NCBI GenBank assembly: GCA_030141605.1
Contig: JAQGDQ010002371.1
Location: forward strand, 496,001-560,000
Reading direction: 5' to 3'
DNA length: 64,000 nt
Source: Tubiluchus corallicola
Taxonomy: Eukaryota; Animalia; Priapulida
This document shows, piece by piece, positions 25,500-39,800 of this stretch. Positions within the stretch are counted from its first letter, which is position 1. Every line of letters starts with the position of its first letter. Both the position numbers and the translations under genes were made by a program. The notes beneath the pieces are model-generated. The model was given only the letters and a program-made list of their open reading frames with translations. It was not told where the DNA came from and searched no databases.

Positions 25500-26262
25500 A
25501 AGTTGGCGCGGCGGAACACGAAGCGTTTTGTTCAATAAGTCTACTACGCTCCAGTGAAACACATCAAAGTCGAAGGCATCCGCAAAATGTGCAATTTATC
25601 TCAGGCGGTAACCCCATAGAGCCAAAGCCGCTAGTTGCCGCTGCAGTATTGCATCGGTCATTATTGAATTCTTTCTTTAGTCAATATAAAGCGAAGTCAA
25701 CGCGTGGCATAGTTCACAATCTGAAAACGCGCGGCTTCCAGTGAGAGCCGTAAAATGAATAATTTGCCCGTCGTTTCAGTAGGTCGGATTGCGTTTGAGA
25801 AGCAAATTGAAGTTACTGCTGGGCGTCATCGTTTCATTAGGTCCATTCACAGCATCATCAAACGTACTGAGGGGCGTGTTCATTACCAAGTACAGTAATG
25901 CTATCCATTCAACTTTAGTTTACATCGCAAATACAAAGTAACGAGAAAAAGATTTTTATCTACAGTTGATTTGAGCACGATTTTTATTTGATGAACAAAC
26001 TAAGAAGAGCTCTCCGTTTTTGGCTGCACCGCAATTAAAAATCCGAACGTTACATTAGCAATGGATGTTTACCAGACGTGTGAAACGTGTCGTGCATGAG
26101 AAACAAACCTGCTGTGACTTCACATGTTAAAATGCCTCAATTACTGAGTTTGAAAGTTCTTCGGTGAGACAGGATTCTTGCAAAACAGGGAGCGTGCACA
26201 ACTGTTGGGATGTAGGATGTAGGAAGTAACTGGATTAAAGTAGCCGACTTTTAACCTGTAAA
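25500..26262 (+). promoter_or_regulatory. Putative GPCR promoter / 5' UTR region
   Basis: Locally CpG-richer than its flanks, with GC/KLF-type boxes gggcgtca (~25821) and ggggcgtg (~25871). Strong start context taaaATGG at 26263. TSS not determinable. Confidence 0.35.
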
Positions 26263-27048
26263 ATGGCCGATGTCGATGTAGGTTGGACGTGGGAAGAAAG
26301 AATCGAACGCCCTTCCGTTGTGTACGGTAACATTTCTGGTGTGGTCAGCTTGGCGCTAGATGGCCTTTTAGTGATAACTAACATACTTCCTGTGATTGTA
26401 GTATGCTGCATAAAACCGACCAGAGAGCGATTAATAATGGACGAGTTAGTGGCATTATTGAGCGTGTCCACATTGGTGTCTGTATTAGTACCAGTTCCAT
26501 TGACAGCTATATCTTTTTTTAGGCAAGAATGGTGGGGTGGAGAAAGGACGTGTTACTTTTACCAAATTTTTACTGTGTGGTTAAAGTTGTCCTCGATGTT
26601 TTTAGTGACTCTTATGGGTGTAGATAGAGCAGTCACGTTAAAACACACCTTAACTAGAAAAAGCTTTCGAAGATATCCGCGAAACGCCCGGCTTTTAGTG
26701 GCCATATCTTTTACTCTGTCTCTGTCCATTTCTTTACTACCGCTAATTGGTTTCGCACCTGAAGCCATGGCTGGCGACACCTGTCGACCGTTGATATTAG
26801 CTCCCGATGACACATCGTCCATTCACCAGAAGGTTTTCTACGTTAGTTTTTTAAGCGTGGGTTACCTAAATCTACTTCTCACAACGGGTGCCAACTTCAA
26901 AGCCTCTGGATTTCTCTCAAAACTATCCAAACATGGATATGAAGATAGGTGGCCGTCAGCTTGTATGGACAAGAAGGTCCTTCTGGATTGCTCTCAGGTT
27001 ATCGTAGCTGTCGCTATGGTTTTCTACGCCACGTGGCTGCCTGCCTTT
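26263..27048 (+). CDS. Class A (rhodopsin-family) GPCR, prostanoid-receptor-like: exon 1 (TM1-TM6)
   Basis: Six hydrophobic helices: TM1 ITNIL, C3.25 (RTC), TM3 LMGVDRAV, TM4 LLPLIGF, ECL2 Cys (DTC), TM6 FYATWLP. Donor GTAAGT at 27049, phase 0 after 262 codons. Confidence 0.92.
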
Positions 27049-27760
27049 GTAAGTATTGTAGACTTAACTTCTGTTTTCGTAAATATGGAGTGTTTACTAA
27101 TTGGTGTGGATGTAGTTTAGCATAGGCAAATTAGTATAGGCAATTGTTTCTTAAATTCAGGAGCAGCTTTCAGCGTTTACAAAACGTGTTCGTTTTGACC
27201 ACGAAAAATGCTTTGTCATTACTGCTGCTTTTAAGCCCTTGTGTAATATATAATAGATAGAAACTAATTATGGCAAGCACAGGGATTAAAAATTGCTTAC
27301 ATTGAGGGGGGCGAGAATCACTAAGACCGTTTTAAAAGGAATACGAGAACATCTTGACGAGGATTTTAGAGATCCTATTCCTAAGAGCTTTTGCTTCTCA
27401 TAATGCTTCTAATACTAGTAGGCCTATTGAAAAACATCATCACCGTACAAACAATAATATAAAACTCGTTGGCGGTTCTTTTAGAAATAATAGAAATAAT
27501 CAGAACTAGAAAATTGTTCTTGTAGAACTGGACAATCTCTGGAACTTTTGAAGTGCTGACATTTCAAAGTGTCGTTAATCATGGAACGAAAGATAATGGT
27601 AAAGCCTCTGTTCTTTAAATTAATGACAGCCCCTATTCTTTAAATTAATGAATTTGACACAATAGAAGTAGAAGTAGAAATAGAAATACAATAACTGTCG
27701 CAAGTCAAACAGAAATCGTTTAATATTTTTAACACTCTTCTGGAATACTGACAGAGTTTC

Positions 27761-29725
27761 TATTTGGCGGCTGAATATACCACTGATACTGATAAAAAAA
27801 GTTTACCACAATCTACTAACCATTTGAAAAGTCTAATTTTCAAGTGGCACCAAAGACACATCACTTGTTCACTATTCATCCTAGGTAATTAATTTTGGTG
27901 TTTAATCCCATGTTTTGGGGATCGAAAATCCAGTTAGCATATTTAAATTATTATAAAGTGATTACAAATTTGTGAATTCCGAGGTGGCCCACTAATACGA
28001 TATACACTCTTGTAAACCCACTTGCGTGGCCTTTCGTTTGAAGGATACGGGGTTGCCGTCGCCCGTCGATATCTATATTGATGGTTCATGGATACTAGTT
28101 ATCCGTTGATATATTCCGTGTGGCGTCTACAATAGCCACAACTTTTATGCGTCCCTATTTTGTGTTCAAGAAGAAGAAGAAGAAGAAGAAAGGTCTGGCT
28201 TTGAGATAGATATTTGGCATCTATTTATGTAGCCTAGGCTATTTATGTAGCGAGTCTTGGCAACCAAAGCAATACACTTCTCTATTATGCTGAGACGAAA
28301 AACATTTCGTTCAGACGAACCAGCAGCTCCTACAGTGTACGACATCAGTGATATGAAACAAGCCCTGTGTAGTTTTGAGGTGCTAACGGTTACTATGCAA
28401 CGTGATAGACGTGATACTGCTTAACGTATTTTAGAGTTGGGAAAAGTCACGGTTTCAGAAACTAACTTGTGAAGAGTGAAACTACACAGGCCTGTGGTAA
28501 TGCATTTCTCCTCCCGAATCAAACAATTAATATTACAGAAGGCTTTGGAAGCGAGGCAACGGCCATTTTGTTTGGTGACAAGAGTACCCATTCACTCGCC
28601 CCTTTACGCTATGACCTTTTTAGCAAAAAAATGTTTCTGCCAAGTCTTTTCTTACCCCAGAATGTCTCCCTTTTACAAAATCCTCAACTAAATGTTATTG
28701 CCTTAGAGCGTATTATCAGCTAATAGTGTGAATGGGATTGAAATGGAACGTGGAGAATTATCGGTTCGTTTGTAGCAAGCTTCTGCTCCTCCGGAAAGCA
28801 CAACTGCATGCGATCTCGGTGCAGTTGCAGAGGACATCCACTGCCATGCATCCCAGTACCCCGAAACATGGAGTTAAGACGAAAAATTCCTGGTCTATGA
28901 TGAATATTGAAAGAATAATGAACATTTTCATATTTGAAGATAAATGGCAAAATGGGAGGAGTAAAATCAGATGGCAATTGCGTTTTCTAAAAGACCAACG
29001 TCATTTGGACTTAAACGTGTCAGAAACCTTAAAATGCACAATCAGCTTTTGAGGTTAAAGAATTGACAAAGATATCCCCCTCTAAGCTTCCTTGTAAAGT
29101 GACTCTCAATAGCTTTTCATGGTCTACTACGGGATTGTGTCATTTAGACCAATATCTGTTGGTTATGTGGTTATATTTCTAATAAAAAAAAATCAAAATT
29201 CAACAATTTACATTTTGTTAGTTTGCGTAACGTGCTGTCCTAGTCTGCTTAACTGGATAGTTCATTAACCACATCACCTAATTTACTATTTTGAAACCTG
29301 TTGATTCGCTAAGAGTAAGGTCATTTACATATATGTATCTCACCGGATACTGACTGACAATGTCACTATTCACAATTTGGAATCCCACAGGCCTAAGCAG
29401 TTCAGAAAGTGTCATTAATATTTACATGTTTCACAGTCATTTAAGGAGCATAAGCAAGGATGCATACCCAAATATGCAAATTAGAGTCCTCGATTCGAAA
29501 GACACGCGATTAGACACAAAAATTACTTATCTAGGATGGATAACGAAAACAAAAATAAATATTTTTACCCACATTTGATGACATCTTGAAAATTAGGCCT
29601 GTTTAGTCGTTAAACTATTGTGAACTTTTAACATGGTTTGAAACACACCTGGTACTATGAAAAAACCGCTGAAAAACCTTTTGTAGGAATTTTGGGGTCA
29701 AACTATATTTTAAGCCGCCTGTATA
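27761..29725 (+). mobile_element. Academ-like DNA transposon relic in GPCR intron 1
   Basis: Long inverted arms (27830-27950 vs 29470-29600) and termini tatttggcggc / gccgcctgtata. Internal frameshifted transposase C-terminus: DTA.RI..VGK, LAPLRYDLFSKK, PECLPFTKSSTKCYCLRAYYQL, then a Cys-rich tail. Confidence 0.7.
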
Positions 29726-30529
29726 GCATAAGAACATGAGAACACAATCATACAGAGCAGGAACAAAAAAGCGAATAAAAAACAGAACAGCGACGACAAA
29801 AAAACATTGGAAATGATACACGCATATCAGAGGCATTATCATCGCTAAGACTGGTGGCGTTTCGGGAATGTCCTTTCCTCAGCCAGAGGTCGTACACTCT
29901 TACACTCTTCTTACACTCCTTATATAAAGCTAAAGTCAAATGGACAAAGCTTTGATGCAAAACCGTTCAAGTTGTCGTTTAAGGATGACTAAACGCCTGA
30001 AAGATACGAATACGAGAGAATGACATTTATATCCTCTATAATAGGGCTACATGTCTGTGTATTTGATAAAAGCGCGCTTCTGTTTTAATGCATTTTATAC
30101 AAATATAAGCATTTCATCATTTGCTTTTCTACATTTGCAGTGTGACCAACTGTGAGGTTAGGATAGATCCACGAAAAATGAAGTAAAATCTATGGATTAC
30201 GGATATAGTTATCGATATCAAATTTTATGTCCACGGCAATCCGGCTTATTATCACGCGGATTTTTAATAATATGAGACTATTATATTGAAATGACACTGC
30301 CAAGTAGGCTTTAATAACGGAATTATTAAACTAAAATAATTTATAAAAAATAATCTTCGTGTTTGTGATGGTACAAAACCACTGTAATAATAATCTTGAC
30401 GTTAAGATTACAATAGTTATTCTTCATGTTTAGTTTTTCAATAAGAAAATGAATTTTCCTTTTTTCCTTTTAGCCTAACTAGGACTTGGTCATCCTTACA
30501 TGGTAATAAAAGTTGTGTCATTTTTTATG

Positions 30530-30860
30530 ACCTCGTTGTCCATTCCGCACCTTGGAAAGATGGGAAGGGTTTCTATTAAACAAATGGCTTAACAGAAATT
30601 TTGATGACATTTGCAATGGCAAGATACAATATCTCCTTCTACAAAATCTGTGGTCATATCTCGTGTACGATGTGTCAAGCGGTCATATTAGATTTGCACA
30701 ACGGCAGAAAACGCTGACGAACAATAATTATGGCTGGAAATTACAAACGATGAAGCCATCTGCTACCCAATCATCAAGTGACCACCGCATGATCTTGTAC
30801 TTATTAGACGTTGTTGTTCAAATGTCTGAGCAGTCTCAAACTCAAGCAAACACCTAAACA
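30530..30860 (+). mobile_element. Second Academ-like transposase C-terminal fragment
   Basis: Frameshifted pieces PSTKS..., NNYGWKL and PPHDLVLIRRCC resemble the 'LPPT...YGW...AP..LL.LIRC.C' segment. Confidence 0.4.
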
Positions 30861-33800
30861 TAATGCGTTTATTATTCATGAATAAGTAATTGTTAACAGC
30901 TTTGCCTTTCTAGAATTCGTTCGCTGCTTCGCTGTTATTACTTTATTATAAATGTCTATGACACTATGGCTTCATTGCACACAGTATACATTTGAAGAAA
31001 TAACCAGTAACCCAGAAACGACACTATACTGAAAATTTTTCCTGCATGTTGTTATGTCTTAAACTACAGGGACGAAATAAAATAGATATTTTTGGAGAAT
31101 GAAGCCAAAAAAACAAAATATTTTTAATTCAGTACTAACAAAGTAATTGAAATAATTATATAAAACTATTTTTAACAAAACAGTTGAATTTAATTTCTGC
31201 GCAGAACACTAAGATCGTTAACGGCATTTGTAAAAATAATAGTGCACAAATAATAAACGCCGTATAAGAGCAATTATAAAAAGTATGCACAAGAAAATCA
31301 AAAGCTTAAAATTCATACCATAAAAACACTTCACATGTACCAGCCTATCAATGTTCTAGTGGTCTAATTTATATATTGCAGTTAGAGAATGTTTCAGAAC
31401 ATTATAGCAGCAACACCGCTATGTACATGTCATTTCAGATTATTCTGCATTGTTACATGTACAGATGTCCCACGGATGACGTAAACAAAACTACAAATTG
31501 AATATTCAGATTTATTATTATTCAAGTGTGCAAGTGTTCTGTACAATGTTTTCAGTGGCCGTTGTGGCAATTTTATAATGTAAAATGAAAACAATTCACG
31601 TCCAAGCAAGGGGTAATTTAACGATTTTGTGGGTATTTAAACATAAATTGTAAAATATTAATATATCGCGTGAAAATATGAAAAAAGCTATAGGCCGAAT
31701 TGCTGTCACAACAAATCTGGAACTACACACTTCATGCTATCAACAACTATTCATCAGTCTAACCTCCATGTCTTACCAATGCTACTCATCCACCAATATC
31801 AATAATGCGCACAGTTTCCACGTAGTGTATTAAAAAAACATAACTTTGTTTGTTCCCAATTAAAATCTTAATCTTCATATTGTAAAAAAATTGTCGAAGT
31901 CGCTATTTAAACTTCACGCATAGCGATTTTCATTTGCGTAACCGGTTGAGAAATTTGATGTGAGTAGAGCCATTCCTAACATGCAAACACAGCATTTATA
32001 AGATTGAAACCAAGGCACACGTGAAATTACTTCCTAATTACAAAGAGCCTGCAAAATACGTAGGAAATCTTGTTTTGATTAAAAACTGCAGATGCACGAA
32101 AGAAAACAATTTCATCTTTAGTAACAAACAGTTTCATCTTCAGGGACAATTTGGCGTCCATTTATGTTGATCGTCTAACGCCAAGTCTATTGTGCGTGAC
32201 ATTCAAGTCTTAGGCAGCTTATCTGAGTTTGTCAAACTGCATATCAACACAGAAGCTCTATATATCATTCGTACATGTCATTGGACAGATTGCCTTTGCT
32301 TTGCATTCATTATCGTACACAAGAAAGCATTATTTTTGCTGAAATGCGCGCACGTTCATGCGATCAATACGCAGTACTCAAGTGTAGTGCAATAACGAAT
32401 ACTCAAGCAAAACACGAATACAATTCCGAGTTTATTCGTCAAAGAAATCTTCTTTGACGAAAAGCGGTTTCCACATTTCTATTCTTTGAGTTTTTCCCCA
32501 TTGCGTGAACATGGGGATGACAAAATAATTAAATAACTTATAAAACTTCAAACAACAATAACTTTCAAAAACTATTAATAGCGCCAATCCGTTATTCTTC
32601 GGCCTGTCTTACTAGACTAAGGAGTTAAGACACTTTGATAATGAGCACATTAGTGGCAGACACTTGACAGTGATCACTTCAGCAATTTATAACGGACACT
32701 TGGACAGTGGACTCTTGGGCAGTGAAAATCTAGATAATTGGACAGTTAAGCATTTTGGGTATGGATACATAAACAATGTAATATTATGCGTCAAGCTTGG
32801 CCATTTCTGGATGAACAATTTCCAGGCAAAAGCTGTTAGGAAAATTCTTCTCCAGATGGCACGTCCTTACACTTTGGAAATCTGGCTAAAATTAGGGGAT
32901 ATTCACGCCACAAACACTATTCAATAAAAGCGGTTTTTTCAAATCGGTAGTTTTAGAGAAACTATTCTAAGGCTAAGTAGTCGTCATGCTGTAATCATAT
33001 TTTAACGCTTACTTTGCAGTGAAATTACCTTGTCAAAAAAGGCCAAACCCTTTTCAGTCAGTGTTTTACAGTGAGCGGCCGCAATTCAACTGTAGACCTG
33101 CCTGTTAATGTTAAATGGTTGTGGCGAGACGAAATCCAGCCCATTGTGAAGGGCAGTATTGTAAGATAAGACAGCATATGTGTGTCGTTAATAGGACAAA
33201 TTGTCCTCGGTAGTATGGCAGATAGCACAGGTGTTTTAGATTGCATTCTAAAATACTTTTTATATAGTACGAAAAACCAAGGCTGTGTTCTACCGTGTTA
33301 TAGCTGATATTGCAATAAACGCTTGTATTTTAACACAAAAAATTAACACATATTGCAATAAAAAATAAACGCGCAATGTAATATAAATAACCGATACTGG
33401 TCGCATAATAAAAGTAACCGATACTAACGCATAATGTTAGACCCCCAAAATAACGTAATAACAAAAATTCTAACCTAATGTAATAACAAGTAGAATTAAT
33501 GTTACTTGGTACAGTTTTCTTATAATATGTATTAAAATATTTTTGATTTTTTTGGAATATGAAGAGGTGCGTATTAGTTCCTGGACATCGCAACCCTCTT
33601 CAACGATTTACCATCAGCGCAGTGAGTCAATGACGGCTCATTTAATCAACTAACCGCTCCACTTCTTTGTGGTATGATGTTGTTGTTGTTTTTCCTTGGT
33701 TCATGACTGCTTTTTCACTGACGTATCAAGTATTTAATCCAATGACTGAATTAACACTCACGCACGAACACCAACACGCATACTCGGTACTTTTAATACA

Positions 33801-36800
33801 CTTTTGGAAGACATTATTTAACACAGGAGTCTACATCTATGGAAACAAATAGTAACATAGTTAAAGGGTCAGTATAAGTGCTTTACGCCTGCTGGTTTCC
33901 AAATATTTTTAAAATATATACTTTATAAGCAGCTATAAAGTTTCAAATTAGTAGTTTCTGTGTGAGCACTAGCGGAAACGGATCCGATTATTTATTGGTT
34001 ATATGAATGTAAAATATCATAGTCGAATACACGAGTTTTATCCAAATTACGAGTCTTTTAAAATTTTTAACATAATGCTACACTGAGTTAAAGGCATGTA
34101 AATAACTATTGTGTTCAGACACATTTCTACTAGAATACCGCTGTAGGCCTACGCATGGTATGTATAAACTATATGAGAAGTGCCGGTTAAAATTAACTTG
34201 AACTAGTGAGGCAACATCACTTTCAAACCGAGTCAAGAAATACGCCATTCCCACGTAGTCCCTCAACACTACACTATTGGTACCAGGTATCACTAATTTA
34301 GTTAGTTATCACATTGTTTTGTGGTTTTATAATATACGCTGCTCTTCGGGTTATCACATTATGTGTCAACTTTTATTAGATTATGCGTTATTTTTTCCTG
34401 GACTACACAATATCGGGCGCTAAGTACATTACCAGTTGTAACAAGCAATTTTATTACAATACTGTATATCGTAAATTTTTAAGCATCAACGGTGCACTTT
34501 GTTAATTTAATTTAAAGCACTTGAATAGGGTTATCAGAACTTCATTGCAAACTTATTGTGCATTATAGCCTAACCAGTTAATGAATCAGAATTTCAGAAA
34601 GAATGTGGTAATTACGAGTCGTTCTTGGCCGTTACTACCCCAAATACGGACGATTACTGTCACTCTACTAGTCGTATAATCAAGTTATATGAGCACTGCA
34701 AAAGAGCATTAATCTTTAATGCATCCTTTCGACTTTTTTATTCTTTCGCACGTGGCTTGTTTTCAGAAGCCTAATTCCCAAGAGTTATACCAGGGGTGTC
34801 ATAAACTGCTAGACGAAGCCATACTGAGTTAATAGTTCGTACAGTTTGCAAATGAACAATTTATGCTTGCCGGTAGGGCAAATCAAGTAATTGCAGTTTG
34901 TTGCGGACACCGGGCACATCGCGAAGACGTTAATCGTTCTCGTGCACAGCTGCTGAAATCAATAAGTCATGTGCGCTATTGGTCTTCTTCATTTCAGATA
35001 ATAGGATATTGTTGCGGTTGCTTGACACTCTGCTTGACGCACAGGTTTTGAGCAAGCTTGATTACTTGCGACAACTGTACGCGGTAAACTCTAATCGTAC
35101 CGCACACGTTGTCCCTTGACTCTCTATGCAGTTGTTGCAACCTTATATGTAAGGTAAACGCTAACCATACTAAATGTTCAAACCGCTTAATCAGCCGCAA
35201 AGGCTTCAACTAGTTTTGTAGTTCCATATGAAAGAAATCTAATAAGCTATGCTTAATATTACACTGATGATTTACCTGAGGCCTTGCTGCCATAATGATT
35301 AAGCAATAAACAAAAAGCGGTATTTAACGAATACACCATATCCAAGTCAAACAATTGCACTAAATGGCTTCATAGACTGTCTTTACCAAGAACTGACCTA
35401 TGACAGCAATTTTATCTGCTATATTCAATGAAACTGCAAAGATGATTAAAATGCCCGCTCCAAACTTATCTCCAGACTCAGTGCTTATCAAGGGAAAACG
35501 TCCTGTTCAGACCGATTTGTTCTAGATGTCTTGATCGAGAAATGACCATTAGGAAATCGTTGGTGGCTTTCTGCTAAACAGTAATATTCCGCATAAATTA
35601 CACTTAATCAACGGAATGTTAATTCCAACCCAATCCTAAGAATTAGTGCCATGTCGTTCTGCGGGCTACAATAGAAAAGTTGTCCCTGTCACTACAAATT
35701 TATCTGTAATTTTCTGCTAGAGAACTTCAAGTGCCAAAGATGACACTTGAAAACTGACACTCCATCAACAGAAAATGTCCAGGGCCATCTTAAGGCACGG
35801 TACACAGGATAGTTGCCATGAACACTTGTTGCTATTTTGCGCATCTCGTTTCAGCATGTTTTTCGTTGATTTTGTCAAAAATAGTTGTATTAAAAGCACT
35901 CTTCACCGAATTTTTAGGCTTACTTGATGGCCGTTAAGCTTACTTTAACATTTTGGTTCCACATGTGGCAAAATAGAGGCCTACATTGCTTTTAAGATGA
36001 CATTGAAGACATCAGCGGCAAAACTTGATGTGAACATTTCTATAGTGACTGCCCAAATCAAATATGATCAGGAATGTCGTTCATGATTTTCTATTATAAT
36101 AGGTCACGCATATAATGGGCTAACATATACGTGCTAAGGCACAGAAATCCACCGATTTGGATTAACCCAATTGGATCTAATTGCCAGGCCAAAAATTACA
36201 AATGCAAGTCTTAGTAGTAGGTGCAACGCAGTGTTCACTTTTCCACGTGCTTATCCTATAACGTTGTTCCTTGTTCTTAGGTTTTGAAGATTACTTCGTT
36301 GACGATTACAACATGTAAAACTAATCATTTATGTTCAGTAAAGCTTTCCATACAACTTAATTAGTGCTCCATCCGCAATGTGTTTGTCACAATTAGCATT
36401 GATCCATTCTCATACTAAACAGTAGTTAGGAAAAATGTAGGTACCAGTCCAAAAAACCGCACACGTCTTCGAACCTATGCCCAATTTAGTGGCAATAGCT
36501 GTTGTCATGTTCTTGTGGTCTTCAAACCAAAGATTATGTTAATTTTGCTTTGTCTTTAGTGACTAAATAGACTTCACTCCTAGGTATACTTACAAGCTTT
36601 TGTGATCCTAAATCTAGACATCATGAAATCATTTCACGTCAGAGACTAAAAATAAAATCCATTCCCGACCATTTGAAACTGCAAATAGGTCGTAGAGGGA
36701 CCCTAGTTGAAAGAGGGTGTGTAAACCATCCAATCAACAACTTCTGTCTCTTCAGTGTCAAAGTTTAGAAGTTTATGCTTGTAGTAAGAGCTACATTCCT

Positions 36801-39800
36801 CTTCTTCCACATTATTAATAGATCTTGCGGCCGCCTTGAGATTTGACAAAAATGCAAAGCATCAATCACCGGCGCTGATTAAACTTCATTCGAGGAACAG
36901 AGGAACACCAGTTATAGACTAACTATTGTGCACATAGTTAAGCAAACATCACAGCTAATTAGTGTATTCAATACTTGCTCGTTTACCTCAAACTTTTTCT
37001 CGAAAGATGTCATGATTCGTATAGCACTATAACGATTGTATTCAGAACCCATCAATGCGTTCCCAGCAGTTGTTTATTCTGCAGCAAAGTTTTAATATTC
37101 TGAACAAGCTAATTTCGTTGCTGTTTGATTAATAGGTTTTTATATTGTAACCTAACAGTAGAGCTACTCATATTCTAAATTTTTGCGGTAAAACGGATCT
37201 ATAGCAATGTCAAGCAGCGTTCTAAATTACATATTTACGAAATGGATTATATGGCAACGCTAAAAGATGCTCTAAGCGATGTATATAGACAGTTGATAAG
37301 TTACGAAAAACTTAGTAAGCGAGTAACCCAATACTTCGCGTTCTATACTAGTTTGACAAAAATTTTAGCTTACAGTTTCGCATCTGGTTGGTTTACCAAA
37401 ACCAGTTACAATAACACATCATTACATTATTATTATGATTTCCGCAAAACCGCTAGACAGTCAGCAAAAAAACAATTGCTGAAAACATTTTAAATTATTA
37501 AAAATTTTCTTTTCTAGTTACATAAGTCTTTCAAGCAGGTAAGCGAAATAATAAGTAATATAGATTTGCCTGGAAAGTTCTTCGGGACATAATTTAACAT
37601 TTATTTTTCTTCCCCTGATTTACGTAGTGCGTATATGCCGTCGGAACAGTATTGCGGGAGATTTAAAATGAAAACAAAAAAATCCTTTCAGTGCGAGTAC
37701 GATATATAGCATAAAATTGCTACAAACTAACATAATTTTTTTAAGGCAATTTTTCGGAAACTTACTTGAGGTACCCCTTTTCTTGTCCTTTAAGTCTTAT
37801 TAATGTTAAAGTCTTTCTCCATGTTTAAACTCTACACAATACCGAACAGTCTTGTTCCTTCGTGTCCATGCTCCATACATGCAGGGGTATACTGCATAAT
37901 TTAATTTTCGAGATTTACATGACAACCATAATTTACGATGCAATTATTTGTGAACAGCAAATCACATTTGACACAGCAGCGTTGCCGGTTTTCATATATC
38001 CCTCGAGTCCAAGGTTTGCGCGCTTCCTTCAGCGTACCGCACGTTTTATTTAATTGTAATATTTCACTTCGAAGCGTTCCTAGGTGTATTGTTTTTACTT
38101 GTTGTATCGCAACATGGAGTAGTTTTCTCACTTTTACTATAATCAGCTTGTACTCATACTCTCATACAGACTTGATCTCAAATTTTCTGGCGTAGTATCA
38201 AACCGTAAGCAGTGCTTCAATTGGTAGATGTTATATCCGGATCGCAGAAAAGTTGTCTTTATTAGTGTCGCTTGTTGAAAGTTCTCAGTTTTGCTTTGTA
38301 TTGTCTGACTACGCAGAATAATAATATAAATACACCTGCTTATTAAATTAAGCAATGCAATCATTTCTTAATCATTTCATTTATTTAAATGAATATGAAA
38401 ATTTTTAGATCTCTGAAAATTAATGGTTTCTTGATTTCGACAGTGCAATGCATACTTTATAACTAAGAACATTAACTGATAGAAGAACAGAGGAACAAGA
38501 ATTAGAATTTTCCAAGTAAAATATTTCAGTCTGAAGTACATTTTCATTTGTTACCTATCAACTCAAATCAGGTCAATTTTACTTAATTAAGAAATTCTAA
38601 AAGCAGAAGATAACTGCAACTTCTATTCTGCCATTCTATATTTTAAACGTCTGTTAAATGGTAATAATCTTATTCAAACCAACAAATAGAATTAAAATGT
38701 TTTATTTGTCTTTTTATGTTTTATTGTTTTTAAATTGTCATTACTTTTATTAATGTATACTCACTATAATCAGCGGTCTGTAATATAAGTGCTAATAAAC
38801 CTCATACATTTCATTACCTGGCATCTACAATATTCGCGCCTGCCTGGGAGAATGCGTGTGTCGAATATCTTTCATCCTTGCGTGGTTTTGATTCCTAGTT
38901 ATTCAGTGACATATTATGCAAGTTTAGTGAAATTTTATGATCGTGAAGTATGGTAATAACTATGTCTAAGCAAGCTGCTCCAACATGTAGACATTTTAAT
39001 GCTCTAAAAGCTGTCGTATAATTTCCCCTTGCAAAATTCAGAAAAGATCAATTCAGCTAAGAATTTTCAACGCGACGAGAGAAATATGAAAGAACGTAAA
39101 AGAGCGGAAAATACTTAATTTTGCGGTTGCGTCCGTCTAAATAGATGTTTCTTACAGCTCTCAGACTGCAGAATATTGATCAACCCTCAGAGGAAAATGT
39201 TAAATATATTCGCCGCCAAATGGGTTCCAGAAGTTCGAAAAAATCGAATATGGAATCGGTTAGAATATTGGAAGGCGACATATGAATAAAAATATCATCA
39301 AGATGTCTTTATTTTGACTGAAACAAGTTCCAGTAGAAACGGCGGCGTTTGGCCACCTAAGTTAAGATAGCGCCGAGTCGGGTCATCCCCCTGGGGATAT
39401 TCACTCACAGTGATGATTTGGACTGTTCATCTCGAAAATGGGAGATGCATACACATCCGAACGGTTGAGGTCATTTTAGAGGCACAGCCTTGATAATGAG
39501 TCTGGCCTCGGTCTCGCCACAACAATTTAATTCTGAGTAGGACCTGCCGCTGAATGTTGGATTTTGACTTGCAGTTCCTAGACAGTTATCCAAAGAGAAA
39601 GAACTATAAGCATAACGCAACTTTTGCAGACGGTCATGCCACTATGTAACCTAACTTAGAATGTGCTGAACTATATGAAATTTTTTTTTAAAGATATCTA
39701 TCAAACCCGAATAAAAACTATTTTACATACTAGAAAATATGCCTTGAATGAAAAAAACAAACAAACAAATAAAAATGACGGACAGCACCCACTTAAGCAA

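Noticed and set aside
27049-27120. GPCR as a single-exon 285-aa protein
   Set aside because: It would lack TM7/NPxxY. A consensus donor at 27049 and a phase-matched TM7 exon at 41835 explain the structure.
35200-36960. Possible decayed transposase or nested gene in the GPCR intron
   Set aside because: Composition hints at old TE sequence, but no motif or ORF could be identified by eye.
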